From Octopus sinensis (Eukaryota): DNA of 64,000 nucleotides. How positions within the stretch are numbered: the first letter of the stretch is position 1; the number at the start of each line of letters is the position of its first letter. The notes beneath the pieces were generated by a model. The model did no database searches. It saw nothing but the letters and a program-made list of their open reading frames with translations, and was not told the origin of the DNA. The stretch lies in contig NC_042999.1 of NCBI RefSeq assembly GCF_006345805.1, positions 121,396,001 to 121,460,000 on the forward strand. Direction: 5' to 3'. Shown piece after piece: positions 51,846-64,000 of this stretch. A program made the position numbers and the translations under genes.

Positions 51846-54176
51846 ACATATTGCCCACCGGATGCCCCAAATCACATAGGCAAGTTTGAAGATTGCCTCA
51901 CAAGAATTAAAGAAATCCTCATGAATCTGGAACACCACGTGACCATATTTCTTATGGATGATTTCAACTTCCCCAACGTCAAATGGCCCGAAGGTCACAA
52001 AGTCTCAGGAATGAATCATTGCAAACAAGAACAGGTGGAGTCCCTGCTCAACCTCACCAATGCCTTATTCATGGAACAAGTTGTACTCAAGCCAACTAGG
52101 GCAAATAACATTCTGGATCTCTGCTTCACGAACAATATGGACATCATTCATGATGTGAAAGTGACACGGACATCAGTTTCGGATCACAACATAATAGAGC
52201 TGTCTATGTTTGAGCCGAAAGAAACCAGAGACATACAGCCTAAAGGAAGCACCCGAAATCTCTCCAATCTGAACTGCCACACAGCAGATTGGAAATCGAT
52301 CCAAAAAGAGATCCTCAGAGAGGACTGGCAGGAATGTCTCTCCACACCAGACACTGACATGAAACTAGAATGTTTCATGTCTTCTGTGCAAGCCGTATGC
52401 CAGAAATATGTCCCAGAGCACAAGGCCAAAGCAAATAGGAGCAAGATTCCAAGAGACAGGAAGATCCTCATGAGACGACGGACGAAGGTTGCAAATCATC
52501 TCAACCAACATCCCAAAAGTGGCGAAACGTCCCGCCTAAAAACAACACTGATGGAGATCGACAAAAGGCTGCAACAATCCTATGTGAAGGAGAAAGCAGA
52601 CAAAGAAGCCTGGGTTATAAAAAACATTAAATCAAACCCAAAAGCCTTCTTTCATTACGCGAAAGAAACAGTCTCAGAGCACTACAAGACAGGACACCTC
52701 CTCCAAAAGGATGGCTCCCTCACAGACAGTCCAACTATGATCAGTGAGATGCTGAATGACCAGTTCAAAAGTGTCTTTACCACCCTGTTGGAACACAGAC
52801 AAGTGAACGAACCAGTGGACTTCTTTGCCGCCTCACCTATAACCAGCGAGGCGGTTACAATAGAATGTATTGACATTAGCGAAAAAGATGTCCTACTAGC
52901 CATAGATGAACTGAATACAAACTCAGCTGCTGGTCCAGATGGTTTCCCAGCCATCCTCCTCAAAGCGTGTAAGCATGCCCTGGCAAAACCCCACAAGATG
53001 CTCTTCCAGAGCTTTCTTGCGAATGGCAAACTGCCAAGCAAGCTGAAGGAGGGAATAATATGCCCAATACATAAAGGGGGAAGTAGAGCAGATGCCAAAA
53101 ACTATAGGCCTATCTCTCTGACTTCACACATCAGCAAAGTCATGGAACGGATAGTCAGAAAGAAACTAATTGCATTCCTTGAGGAAAATAACTTGCTGAG
53201 TGATACCCAGCATGGTTTTCGACCAGGTAGGAGCTGCCTGACCCTGCTCTTACAGCATTATGACTGGGTGTTGAGGCAGTTACTCAACAAATCAAATGTG
53301 GACATAATCTATCTTGATTTTGCAAAAGCTTTTGACAAGGTGGATCATGGTATGACATGCCACAAACTATGTGACCTCGGCATAGCTGGAAAACTTGGAG
53401 TGTGGTTGCATGACTTCCTGAAAGATAGGATTCAGGCAGTAGTGGTTAATGGAGCCACCTCTATGAACACACAAATAGTGAGCGGTGTTCCACAGGGCAC
53501 TGTCTTGGGACCACTGCTTTTAATAGTGGCCCTCTCAGATATGCCCTCAAATGCTCGGATAGCCACTCTGGGCAGCTATGCAGACGATACGAAAGTCTCG
53601 CAGAAAATACAGAACCCCAGCGATGTTGCACACCTGCAGCAGGAGTTGGAATCAATCTACAGATGGGCTGAGAATAATAATATGCAGTTTAATGCTGAAA
53701 AATTCCAGGCCCTGCGCTACCAGCATCCAAAACTGAATATTAAACTTACAGGATACACCGGTCTACAGGGAATTTCAATCCCAGAGCCTAAGTCTGTGAG
53801 GGACCTGGGTATCAACATGAGTGATGATACCTCTTTCCAAGTGCACATTACCAGGATAGCGACAAAGTGCAGACGACTGGCTGGGTGGATACTAAGAACA
53901 TTCAGAACCAGAGATAAGGAAACCATGATGGTCCTCTGGTGGACATTCGTCCTCAGTCGCCTGGATTACTGCTCACAGCTATGGTCACCCACCAGTGTAA
54001 AATTAACAGCAGACCTTGAAGCAATCCAGAGGAGATTCACAAAGAAGATCATCTCTTTGCAACAGCTCAGCTACTAAGAAAGGTTGAAACAACTAAGACT
54101 CTACTCCCTAGAGAGAAGACAGGAGAGGTATGCAGAAATATATGTCAGGAGATCCTGGAAGGAATTGTGCCAAATT
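51846..54176 (+). mobile_element. CR1-clade LINE family B, 5'-truncated, 749-codon open stretch, runs into assembly gap
   Basis: ORF 51828-54077 carries DDFNFP, LDLCFTN, SDH, YLDFAKAFDKVDH, GVPQGTVLGP and YADDTK. A TAA lies at 54075-54077 and the homology continues to the Ns. Confidence 0.95.
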
Positions 54177-54276
54177 NNNNNNNNNNNNNNNNNNNNNNNN
54201 NNNNNNNNNNNNNNNNNNNNNNNNNNNNNNNNNNNNNNNNNNNNNNNNNNNNNNNNNNNNNNNNNNNNNNNNNNNN
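54177..54276. other. Assembly gap (100 N placeholder)
   Basis: Exactly 100 Ns; true size unknown. Confidence 1.
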
Positions 54277-54630
54277 AATTCTCCCCCTTCTCATCCAACC
54301 TCCCCCTGACTCCTACTTCTCATCGGTCCTCCATCTTTTCACCCCTACTCTCTTTCCCTCTTCCCCTTCTCTCTTTCTCCCCTTCCTCTTCCCTCTTTCT
54401 TCTTCCCTCTTCCCCTTCTCTCTTTCTCTCTGCTCCCTCACTCCCTTTCTCTCTCCCCCTATCCCATCCCCCTCCTCTTCTCCTCTCCTTCCTTCTCTTC
54501 ATTCCCCCCTCCTGCCTCCTCTTTCCTTCTCGCTTCTCACCCTCACCCCCTCCTTCTTTTCTTTTCCCCCTCCCCCTCATCACTCTCACCTTTCCTCTTC
54601 TCCCTCCTCTCCCCTCTCTACACTACACCA
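54277..54630. repeat. Polypyrimidine/polypurine low-complexity tract
   Basis: Almost only C/T on the + strand for ~350 bp. Confidence 0.9.
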
Positions 54631-54814
54631 TATGACATTACACATCTCATCATACAAACATACACACGTCCAAACCTTTCATACGCACCCCATACTCCCT
54701 CATACACACACGCACCCTTATGTTGGGGCGAAGTCATTTGACCCTGTTATCTCCCCTATTTTTGCTCTTGCGTCTCACGTTTGAGATCTGACTTCTGGCC
54801 AGAATCATATCGCC

Positions 54815-55020
54815 ATGTTGAATCGCTAGCTTCTGCACGCATTTTTTTCTCTCTTTGCTTCTCTCCATGTTTCTTTTCTGTGTATCTTTCTGTTGAAGAG
54901 CATAGGCTCGAAATGTAAAAGACTTGTTTTATTTATATTCCTGAGCGCCATACTAATACAATTGTTTGTTTGTACTCCACCTGCCTTCGTCTTTTGTTTA
55001 TGTTCATAAAGCTTCCTGTT
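54815..55020 (+). mobile_element. ~205-bp HHR-bearing mini-element (homolog of 48586-48792)
   Basis: Same sequence family as the 48.6 kb copy, in opposite orientation; 3' end abuts (AT)n. Confidence 0.85.
54885..54922 (+). ncRNA. Minimal type I hammerhead-like motif with CUGUUGA core
   Basis: TCTTT-CTGTTGA-A-GAGC-ATAG-GCTC-GAAA-TG-TA|AAAGA. Confidence 0.6.
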
Positions 55021-55024
55021 AATA

Positions 55025-55074
<50 letters not shown>

Positions 55075-55082
55075 TCATATAT

Positions 55083-55292
55083 ATATTGTGAAGCATGACT
55101 GTCACTACTACTACATGAACCTGAAGATTGCAGAATTTAATGCATGAAAGTACTAGTTCAATCAGAATGAACATTTAACATTCTATTATTTTATTTTATT
55201 ATATTATCTTATATCATTATAAGATTGTAAATAAAACGTGAAAATCAGACAAGGTTGGAATTCCTTTTATTAATATATTCTTCTATACACAA
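55083..55292 (+). mobile_element. ~210-bp HHR-bearing mini-element of a different family
   Basis: Lies between (AT)n runs; carries an HHR, then AATAAA near 55230. Confidence 0.65.
55116..55160 (+). ncRNA. Minimal type I hammerhead ribozyme with intact core
   Basis: TGAAC-CTGAAGA-T-TGCA-GAATTTAA-TGCA-T-GAAA-GTAC-TA|GTTCA. Stem I is 5 bp, stem III is the palindrome AGTACT, and predicted cleavage is after 55155. Confidence 0.85.
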
Positions 55293-55304
55293 TCACACAC
55301 ACCC

Positions 55305-55358
<54 letters not shown>

Positions 55359-56119
55359 CACAATTCAGCATTATATGTGTGCATGTGTTTTTTATACAAA
55401 ACAAGCCCCATATTCAGACTGCTAAACCTTTGTTACTTAATCTCTTAGTCTTATGCTATATATATATATATCCACTCACACATATACATACATACACACA
55501 CATATAAACATAAATATATATATATACGCATACATATAGCCATCTTTGTATTGTATTTAATGTAGGTATCTGACAAATATTTAATTTTACATTGGTATTC
55601 ATCCAGAAATAATTTATGTTACTGATGTGCCATGTTTGAAAGCATTAGTTCATCAGTAAGAGATTAAAATTTTCCGTCTACAGTAGGTAGATACATATCT
55701 GCCTCATTGGGCTTTTTCAGTAGTATCTTATAGCTGGCAACTTCATGCTATAAATTTGTCACTACTTGTGTAGAAAACAGGCAATTGAACAATCATTGCA
55801 GTTGCAATTAGGTGCCCAGCTAAATAAAAATGCATTACATGACATTGTGTATTTTACTTAATTCACATTTATTGTTATATAATCACCTGGTAATAATATC
55901 TCTAGTAGATGAGCTGTGCTTAGAAACACAAATATAGCCAGGTGGCTAATTGCCACATTTGAGTATTCAATATTTTCCTGCATCAGTAGCAATGGATTTT
56001 GTCTTGCAAACAGTTCTAGTGAGTACGTGCTACTAACTAGGACCAACCTAGCAGACGTGCATCTAGCATGCTCATTGTAGAGCAACTTTCATTTTCTACT
56101 GATATATTTTGATTTTTAA

Positions 56120-56449
56120 CCCTTTAGCATTAATTGAAAGGACTGTAGCGTGCTCCAGTATCTGCTTTGGAATGGGTTCTATGAGTAGATATCATTCTAG
56201 TGCCAACCATTTTACAGTTGTGCCACTGTCACTACTGAAGGCATGTAGCTCTCAAATCAGTAAACCTAAGGTGGAAGGATGTTGCATCTAAATGTTAAAT
56301 GGTAGATGGGTGGGAGGTATAATGTATATTTATGATTATTTTTATTTTTAGATTGACAATGTAGAGTAGGTGTGAGAGGCGAGATCTGGCCTGTTTGACC
56401 ATAAAACAGAATATTCTGGCCAGATATGGCTGGTTTAAATGCTAAAGGG
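56120..56449. mobile_element. piggyBac-type MITE
   Basis: TTAA|CCCTTTAGCATT ... AATGCTAAAGGG|TTAA: 12-bp TIRs starting CCC, with TTAA target-site duplications at 56116-56119 and 56450-56453. Confidence 0.8.
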
Positions 56450-58324
56450 TTAAACAGCACATATCTTAAGACATATAATCTCTGGATGAATACTGCAGTA
56501 TATTTGCTCTTTTAAGATTTATCAACATTATGATACACAGATGGCTAATTTACTCTAATACTGATCCTGTTACATGTAACAAATCCCACCTTGACAATGG
56601 TATCATTGTAACTCTACTGCTTGTATCCCCCATAGCACCTTTCCCCAATCTTAATAGATGTTTACCTTCCTCTCTCATTTCTCCTATCTCCTCATTTCAC
56701 TTGAAAATCCCCATTCTCTACACTCACCACTTCCCTTACACCACTGTCATCTCCTTGGAAATAACTAACTCATTCTCACTATATCTCTCCTAAATTTGAG
56801 TAACCATGTAGCTCTCCTACAATGAGAATTTCTTCCCTCTTATCTTACCCTCCACCCACCTACCATTTAACATACAGATGCAACATATATATATATATAT
56901 ATGCTAAGTCATATATATATATACTAGCATGGACACACATATGCATATGTGAGCGTGTTAAGCAGTACAGTTGATTTCAATTTCTAATTTCACATATTGT
57001 CAGTATTAACTTTCACACTACATAGTATATAGAGCCTTCTGATCTAGTATATTGATACCATTATAATTTTAAGTTCTTGTGCAACCACCTGTCCTCACTA
57101 ACAACATAAGATCATTTGTTAGGTAATGAACAAAACCTTTTAGTTACAAAGCATTTAAATAAAGCTATGTTCAACTCCACAACAGAGACAATTTGAAATA
57201 CTGCAACAATATACTGTCTTCAAGAAATGCCTTCAACATATGTTACCTCATACTTTTCTTGTTGATATCAACGAGTTTATCAGAATTGGTTTAGAATTCC
57301 TTTTTAAGGCAACAATTGTAATCACTGAACAGATTTGGAATGCAGAATCTATATATGCCTCTGCTGTCATACACATAAAGCATAGCCTTCTAAGGTATTA
57401 GCAAAGTACTTTACTTAATGTTTTTCACATAATTTCAATTCTTTCACTCTTTTAAGCTTACTAGACGATTTCATAAATGTTGTTAACTGAAAAAAATTCT
57501 TTTTAATTATTGCAACCCATGGTAACAAGAAAACAAATAAAAACAGGCATAAAATTAGAACTGAATACATATGTGATATACTTTATTTATTCATTTTATA
57601 ATTTTTTCTTAATCATGCAATAGGTCCCTTTTTATTTTTTTGTTGCAGGAAAGCATAATTTATTTCAACATCTTTTCTTACAATCTTTCCCCTTTCATAA
57701 TACATTCAGTTTTATTTGATAGCCTTTGTGAAAGGTAACATTAATGGTAATTGTTAACTCATGTTATAAATTCATAGCATTAAGCACAGAAGTTTCTGCT
57801 TGCATCAGTAATTTTAACAATGAAGTTGACAACAGATTAGTTTCAATATGAAGTATCCAGAACAGAATGGCAATTAGCCAAAACTTAAGATATTTGCTTT
57901 AAGAAGAAGGAAATTAACTGAATATGAAACCCCTTGCAACTCAATTAGATCAAAACACTGATATAGCATTAAAACAAAATTTAAGAAGCAATCAAAAATA
58001 CTAAAGAGTATGATTCCATATATTCTGATGTAATGATTTAAGGACACTGATGCAAAACCACAAATCAGTAGCGTGTATGTGTGGGGGCCAACTAAATCTG
58101 CTAATGCATTAACCAATATTCCACTGATTTTGGATAAGTGACAAAGTTAACCTTGATGTGATTTGAACCTAACCTTCAAACAAGGCAACTAGAAATCAAA
58201 ACATATGAAAAAAATGTATTTATTGAAATAAGCTGATTATTGATATGTTATACCTACAGAGAACTGGATTCAAAGACTAATAAAACAAATCTCAGATTGC
58301 CTTAAAATCAAAATCCAAAATATA

Positions 58325-58830
58325 TATAAAAGCACTCTGCAAAGTGGTCGGCATTGAGAAGAGCATCTAAGCAGAAAAAAAACATGCCAAAGTAAACACT
58401 AAAGCTTGGCACAGTCATCAGGTTTACCAACTCCAGTCAAACCATTCAACCCATGCCAGCAAATAAGATGGACATTAGATGATGATGATATATATATATC
58501 TCATCATGAAGGTGATGACATATGACCAAGACCTTTGGCAATATGCCGTGCTTGAGAAGACTCATCAAGCCAAGCTAAATTGCAATTATGGCAGATGTAG
58601 GTGTCATGTAATTGGTACCCATGCCAGTGGCACATAAAAAGTACCCATGCTAGTGGCAAGTGAAAAGCATCCATTACACTCTTGAAGTTGTTAGCATTAA
58701 GAAGGCCATAGAAACCATACTAAATCAAACTGGAACTTAGTGCAGCTCTCTAGTTTACTGGTTCCAGTCAAACTGTCTAACACATACCAGCATGGAAAGC
58801 AGACGCTAAATGATAATGATCATGATTCTG
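58325..58830 (+). mobile_element. Two adjacent decayed RTE 3' ends (58325-58490 and 58510-58830)
   Basis: Both end in catggaaag/aagatggac...atgatgat tails; the second includes the RTE C-terminal gacctttggcaatatgccgtgcttgagaag. Confidence 0.8.
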
Positions 58831-60285
58831 ATATATATATAAACAAGTTTTTACATCACATTAAAATATAACTCCTCAGCAGAATAGAGTAAAAGCTAAA
58901 CAAATATCAAGCATTAACAGTATGCTGCTAATATATTATGCCATTAATACTACACCATTCTGAAGGTCAGAAGGAAGTTTTACAGTAGCTTTTGAAAAAT
59001 GCATCCTTAAAATATTCTTTTGTTAAAATGTAATTCTTGAAGTCTAATCCCTTGAAAGCAGTTAGTAGTTTGAAAATAAATCAAAATCATCAATCGTTTT
59101 TAAAAATCATTTCCAGTTTTATGAATTTAAGCATGCTCTATCCTTGAACTTTTAATAGAAGCTGCATATTCATTCACTATGTTTCAGTATGATAGGTAAG
59201 GAGAGAAGCTTTAGATTCAATGACCTGATAGGAAAGTGTCTGTGTGTTTGTGTGTGTACCTTTAAAATAGCATTCCATATTTATTAAAGAATAATTACTA
59301 AAACTATTAAGAATAAAAAGAATAAGGTTCATAGAAGGAAATGCTCTACAAGTAATATTAAAGACAAATATAAATTAATAGACAAATGGTGTTGCTCATT
59401 TCCAAACACAACTTCCAAAACAAATTTAGAATCAAGTTGTTAGAAAATACAGCATGAAAAAAAGAAATTTAGAGTAAATTATGAAGTTTAAAAAATACAA
59501 AAATTACATTAAAAAAACTGAAATAAAATCACATTTTAAGACACTGAAAGTATAATTTAAAAACAAAAACTACATAAGACAGTGACTTTTAAGTAATTTC
59601 CCAAACCAAAATGAAGATAATTAGATTTACTAAGATAACTCAGAAGTGATATTGGCACATCAACTCAATTATTTTGGAAGGTTTATAAAGAAATTGCAAA
59701 GAAAAGTGCTGAGCACACAGTCTGTTATTTGTATATTATATCAGGAAAGTTTATCTATTTTGTAAATATATCCAGGTTAAATTTTAAAAGCTTAACATAA
59801 GCAAAATGAAAATTTAAGTATATTAACATGCAATATTCCCATCTACTTTCCAAAGCTAGGAAGGACATGAAAAGCAAGACTCCTCATAATGTTTTCTGTA
59901 GGAGCTCCATATGATATCCATAATGAATAAAGAAATGCTATTATAAAACATCAAAAAGTTTAAATCCTATTTGAGAAAAAACGGATTTGGCAGAGCAAGT
60001 AAAGGAGAGAGAGAAAAAGAAGAAGAAAAATTACAAGTATTATCATATAGGCAGTGGATTTGTTCACCCACATGTGCATGTCAATATTGATCAGATTATG
60101 AAATCATAATTCTAGAGAATAGTCAAACGTAAATCTCAAGGATTAAAATAATTTTCCAAATAAAAAAATTTCCATTTTTTTTTTAAATAAAAGAGAGATT
60201 ATTTTTTATGCAAGAGGATTGCATATTTTGTGGGCAAATAGGAATCATATTTCAGGGAAAAAAAAGTTCATCAAAAATAACTATA

Positions 60286-60295
60286 ACCGGAAGTG
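60286..60295 (+). promoter_or_regulatory. Perfect ETS/GABP-type motif ACCGGAAGTG
   Basis: Exact consensus match located at the apparent CpG-poor to CpG-richer transition. Confidence 0.4.
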
Positions 60296-60334
60296 CATTA
60301 ATAATTCAAGAATATTGAAATCAAAATGAAAGAG

Positions 60335-61590
60335 AATTGGCAGATTAGAAATTTTAAATCCGACGTACATGTCGATTCAGCTTTAATATTGAAATTATTT
60401 AGAATCTTTAAATCTAAGGATTAAATTCCAAAAATCTTTTGCTTTTCATCCTTTCGGGGGGTCGATAAAATAAAGTACTAGGTAAGTATTGGGGTCGATA
60501 GTATCGGCTAATCCCTTTCTGTCAAAATTGTTGGCCTTGTGCCTTAATCAGAAATAATAACAATAATAATCTTTTCTTACTATAGGCACAATTTGGGAGG
60601 GGGGCCTATTCGATTACATCGACCCAAGTGTCCAACTGGTCCTTTTTTATCGGCCCCAAAAGGATGAAAGTAAGGTCGACCTCAGCAGAATTTTGAACTC
60701 AATAATAACAATAATAATTATTATTATCATTATTGATTGATACAAGGCTAGAAATTTTGAGGGGAAGATGCGCAGTCGATACCATCGAACCAATATTTGA
60801 CTGGTACTTTATTTTAACGACCTCGGAGGGATGAAAGGCAAAGTTCACCTCGACAGGACTTGAACTCCAATCCCATCGAGGTCAACTTTACTTGTAATCT
60901 CGTTGAAATCGATAAAGTACCAGTCAAACGCTGATGATATCGACTAAATGCCTCCCACCTAAATTGCTGGCCTTGGGACTAAATCAGAAATAATCGTAAT
61001 GTTTGTATATGTGAGCAGGCAGAATTGTTAACACGCCGGTTAAAATGCCTAGCAGCATTTAGTCCGTCTTTACGTTCTGAGTTCAAATTCCACCAAGGTC
61101 AACTTTGTCTTTCATCTACTCGGGGCCGATAAAATAAGTACCAGTTGAACACTGGGGTCGAAGAATCGACTAGTCCCCTACCCCAAAATTGCTGTCCGTG
61201 TGGCAAAATTTGAAACCAATATCATTATTCGCTATTGCCTTTTTCATTTTGGGGTCGATAAAATAATTATCAATCGAACAGTGAGGTCGATGTTATCGAT
61301 TACCCCAACCCTCAAAATAACCGGCCTTGTGCCAAAATTAGAAAGAATTGTTGTTGTTGTTATTAAAGCGAACTGGCAGAATTGTTCGTGAGCCGGGGAA
61401 AATGCTTATCGGCATTTTTCGCGATTTGCTCTTACGCCGAGTTCAAATCCCATCTTAGTCCTTCATCATTTCAGAGTCGATTATATAAAAACCAGTCAAG
61501 AACTGCAGTTAATGTAAACGACTTAGCCATCTCCCTCTAAAATTGCTGGCCTTGTGCTAAAATATGAAAGTCATCATTATTGTTATTAAT
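60335..61590. mobile_element. Cluster of ~7 tRNA-derived SINE copies in mixed orientation
   Basis: The recurrent core ctttcatcc(t)ttcggggtcgataaa..aagtaccagt...ggggtcgat..atcgact and tail aaattgctggccttgtgc appear repeatedly. The best copy (61012-61229) has A-box-like ggcagaattgtta and B-box-like gagttcaaattcc. Confidence 0.85.
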
Positions 61591-64000
61591 TGTAGTGTAG
61601 CTTGTCATTGAAACTGAGTCTCAATATTATTAAGCAACGATACATTCTAATAAAATACCAGTAATATACTCGAGTATATTGCTAAAATATTGCCATTATG
61701 CTTTCTATTTTCTTTCCCTTTTTTTCTTTTTGTTATCAAAACAACAAAACGACACTGAAATCTGCATTAATAAAACATGTTTTGTTTGTTTTTGTGGTTC
61801 TGCATTTATAATTATGCGCTTTCTATTTTTTTACTTCTACTACTAAACACCAGCAACAGAGAGGAGGGTTGTTCCACCTGCTCTCACCTACATAACAGTG
61901 ACGTAACAAGCGATCGATATATCCTTGGAATGTATGGTCTTTTCCCTATTTCATCTAACGTGACATAATTTCTAGTTATAAAGACGAATAAAAAAGATAC
62001 TTGACAGAATACTATCATAGACTAATGGTTTACTGTGATACATTAGGGAAAATACAAAAAGAAAAACAAAGAGAGAGAGAGAGAGAGAAAGAAACAGAGA
62101 AACGTCGTTCAATGAAAACACGGATGCAGTATTTTCTTTTTCCTCCGCCTTTCGGAAAAGGAAAGGTGAAAGGAATTAACGATATCATATGAAACGAATG
62201 AAGCACTAAAATACTAATGTGAAACTGCTGCGAATGGTTACCGTCAAACAGCGAGATTTTAGTGATTATATTTATAAATACATATTATATGGGTGAATTT
62301 ATAACATCTTCATCTGGCATATTTATGCAAGCTTTTTAAATACAGATGTACTAACCAGATAATAGATTCGTTTTAAAATTATTTTTCCATTTCAAACGAA
62401 AAGCAAACACAGCCAGCAACCTCATCAGTGCATGACAACTACTAACAGCGATGATCATCCATTAAGGTAGTAACGTAACGTAACGTAAGGTGTATAGAGG
62501 AATAAATCGAAAGCGACATCATGCTAAATAAACTGGGGAGGCACCATTAAACAGAAGCTGTTTCTCTTTTAGGTATTTAAACAGAAGATGGCAAAAGATG
62601 ACCAGTGCAAATTATGTAGTGGGAATAATAAAAGCAGGAGTGATGCTAGCAACAGATATGAATATGTGTAACGAACATCGCTGTTATGGCTTGAGAGAAA
62701 ATAATGCATAACGGAAATCCGTCATGCTCAACAGATGCGAATAACAGCACAGTAGGTGCGCGTGCTGCTGACATTTTATAGTCGACTACATGTCTATACA
62801 TTACAGCAACATAAATGACGAATGACGAAAATTGTGAATTTTCTAACACAATGCTTTATGAGCAGTACTGAACATATATAAATTCCACGTTTGGTTTACT
62901 TTCCGCGACATTCAATCATCAAAAGAAACATGGAAGCAGTCCAAAATTTAACATTCATGCAACCTCATTTGATGAAGGGGAAATTTAATTGTTTATTCAG
63001 ATATGGACCACAATAAAGCACATACACGACGCTTATACACTTAGTATCAAAATTTAAATTATGAATAGCATTGGAGGAGATTGCACATTTATTAAATATA
63101 TATATATATGTTATATCTAACAACAAATTATCAGAAAGCACAACATGAATTAAGGAACTTCCACATTTTTTTTTTCTTATTCAAATGAATTATCAAACCA
63201 AAATTATCAATTTCCATATTCATAGAAATTCAATTTCTGAAGACAATAATGTGACCTACCTTCTCTCTTTATAAGGGAGTCGGCTGTTATGTTTTGGTTT
63301 TTAGAGTTTTTGGTAACGTAATGTTATGGGGAGGGAATATAATACAGTTTAACAGCGAGAGGCTAAAGCCATCTCAAGAATGTCGGTAGCGATTTTTGGT
63401 CATATTGGTAACGGTGTGCAACTAGTCGCCAACATGACAAATGTATATAATACCTCAATGAAAACATGGAGGTTATTCAACAAGGAAAATACCAGCCAGG
63501 GGAACAGAAAGAGAGAAATTAGAAACACTGCTCTTATCACTCTCAATTCACAAAAATATTATCTAATTAACTGAAGGAATTAACGTTTTTGACCACAGTT
63601 TTTTCGTTTTTTTTTACTTCTTTTCTGTGTCTATTTTTTTTCTCTTTCTTATACTTGTCAATGAAAATAAAATTTTAAATCGTTTTAATGTACGTGACTG
63701 ATGTACGCACCAACATCAGCAAGTTTCGGGTGTAGTGGTTGCTGTTGTAAATAGCAGTAGTAGTCCGACATAGAGAAGTACTGCTTCTTCTCCCGGACTG
63801 GAAATAAAATTGAGATATGTATTCGTCTTAGAGCGCCCATGGTATAGTGCTTTTTTGGTTTTCCGCGTATGTTTTCAGAGTGTTGACGCTAACAACAGTA
63901 TTAGTCTTTTCGTTGACAAACAAACAATCGGTTATTAAAAAATAATTAAGCAATTATTAATATAAAACGAGAAAATGACTTAGGAAGAAAGAATCAAAGC

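Noticed and set aside
61012-61100. tRNA-like A/B boxes
   Set aside because: They are SINE heads with no cloverleaf, so no tRNA gene is called.
62570-62730. Strong + strand acceptor followed by ATG (MAKDDQCKLCSGNN...*, 27 aa)
   Set aside because: Very short, with no good donor; the CxxC alone is insufficient for a zinc-finger call.

Overview
AT-rich, repeat-saturated eukaryotic DNA. The repeat repertoire (RTE LINE with a (GAT)n tail, tRNA-SINEs, long (AT)n tracts) suggests an octopus or other coleoid cephalopod; this is inference, not checked against a database. I found no intact protein-coding gene. Nearly all ORFs in the track are (AT)n/(CA)n/(GA)n low-complexity artefacts or retrotransposon pieces. 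Supported content: one long disrupted RTE LINE plus more than a dozen RTE 3' ends; four large CR1-clade LINE copies from two families; three Penelope-like element (PLE) coding remnants; one HERO/NeSL-like RLE fragment; a piggyBac-type MITE; a Helentron/HINE-like element; SINE clusters; one 100-N gap; and one plausible minus-strand host exon encoding a signal peptide (22787-22978). Unique DNA looks CpG-poor up to about 60.3 kb and CpG-richer beyond it, and a perfect ETS motif sits at the boundary, suggesting a minus-strand gene body with its promoter at the right end. The most interesting signal is not in the ORF track: eight type I hammerhead ribozyme (HHR) motifs from about six short, non-coding, (AT)n-embedded element families, most with palindromic stem III. 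They include two intact HHRs inside a 417-bp near-perfect palindrome (21289-21705) and a twice-repeated CUGUUGA core variant. All HHR folds were assigned by eye; none has been tested for activity.
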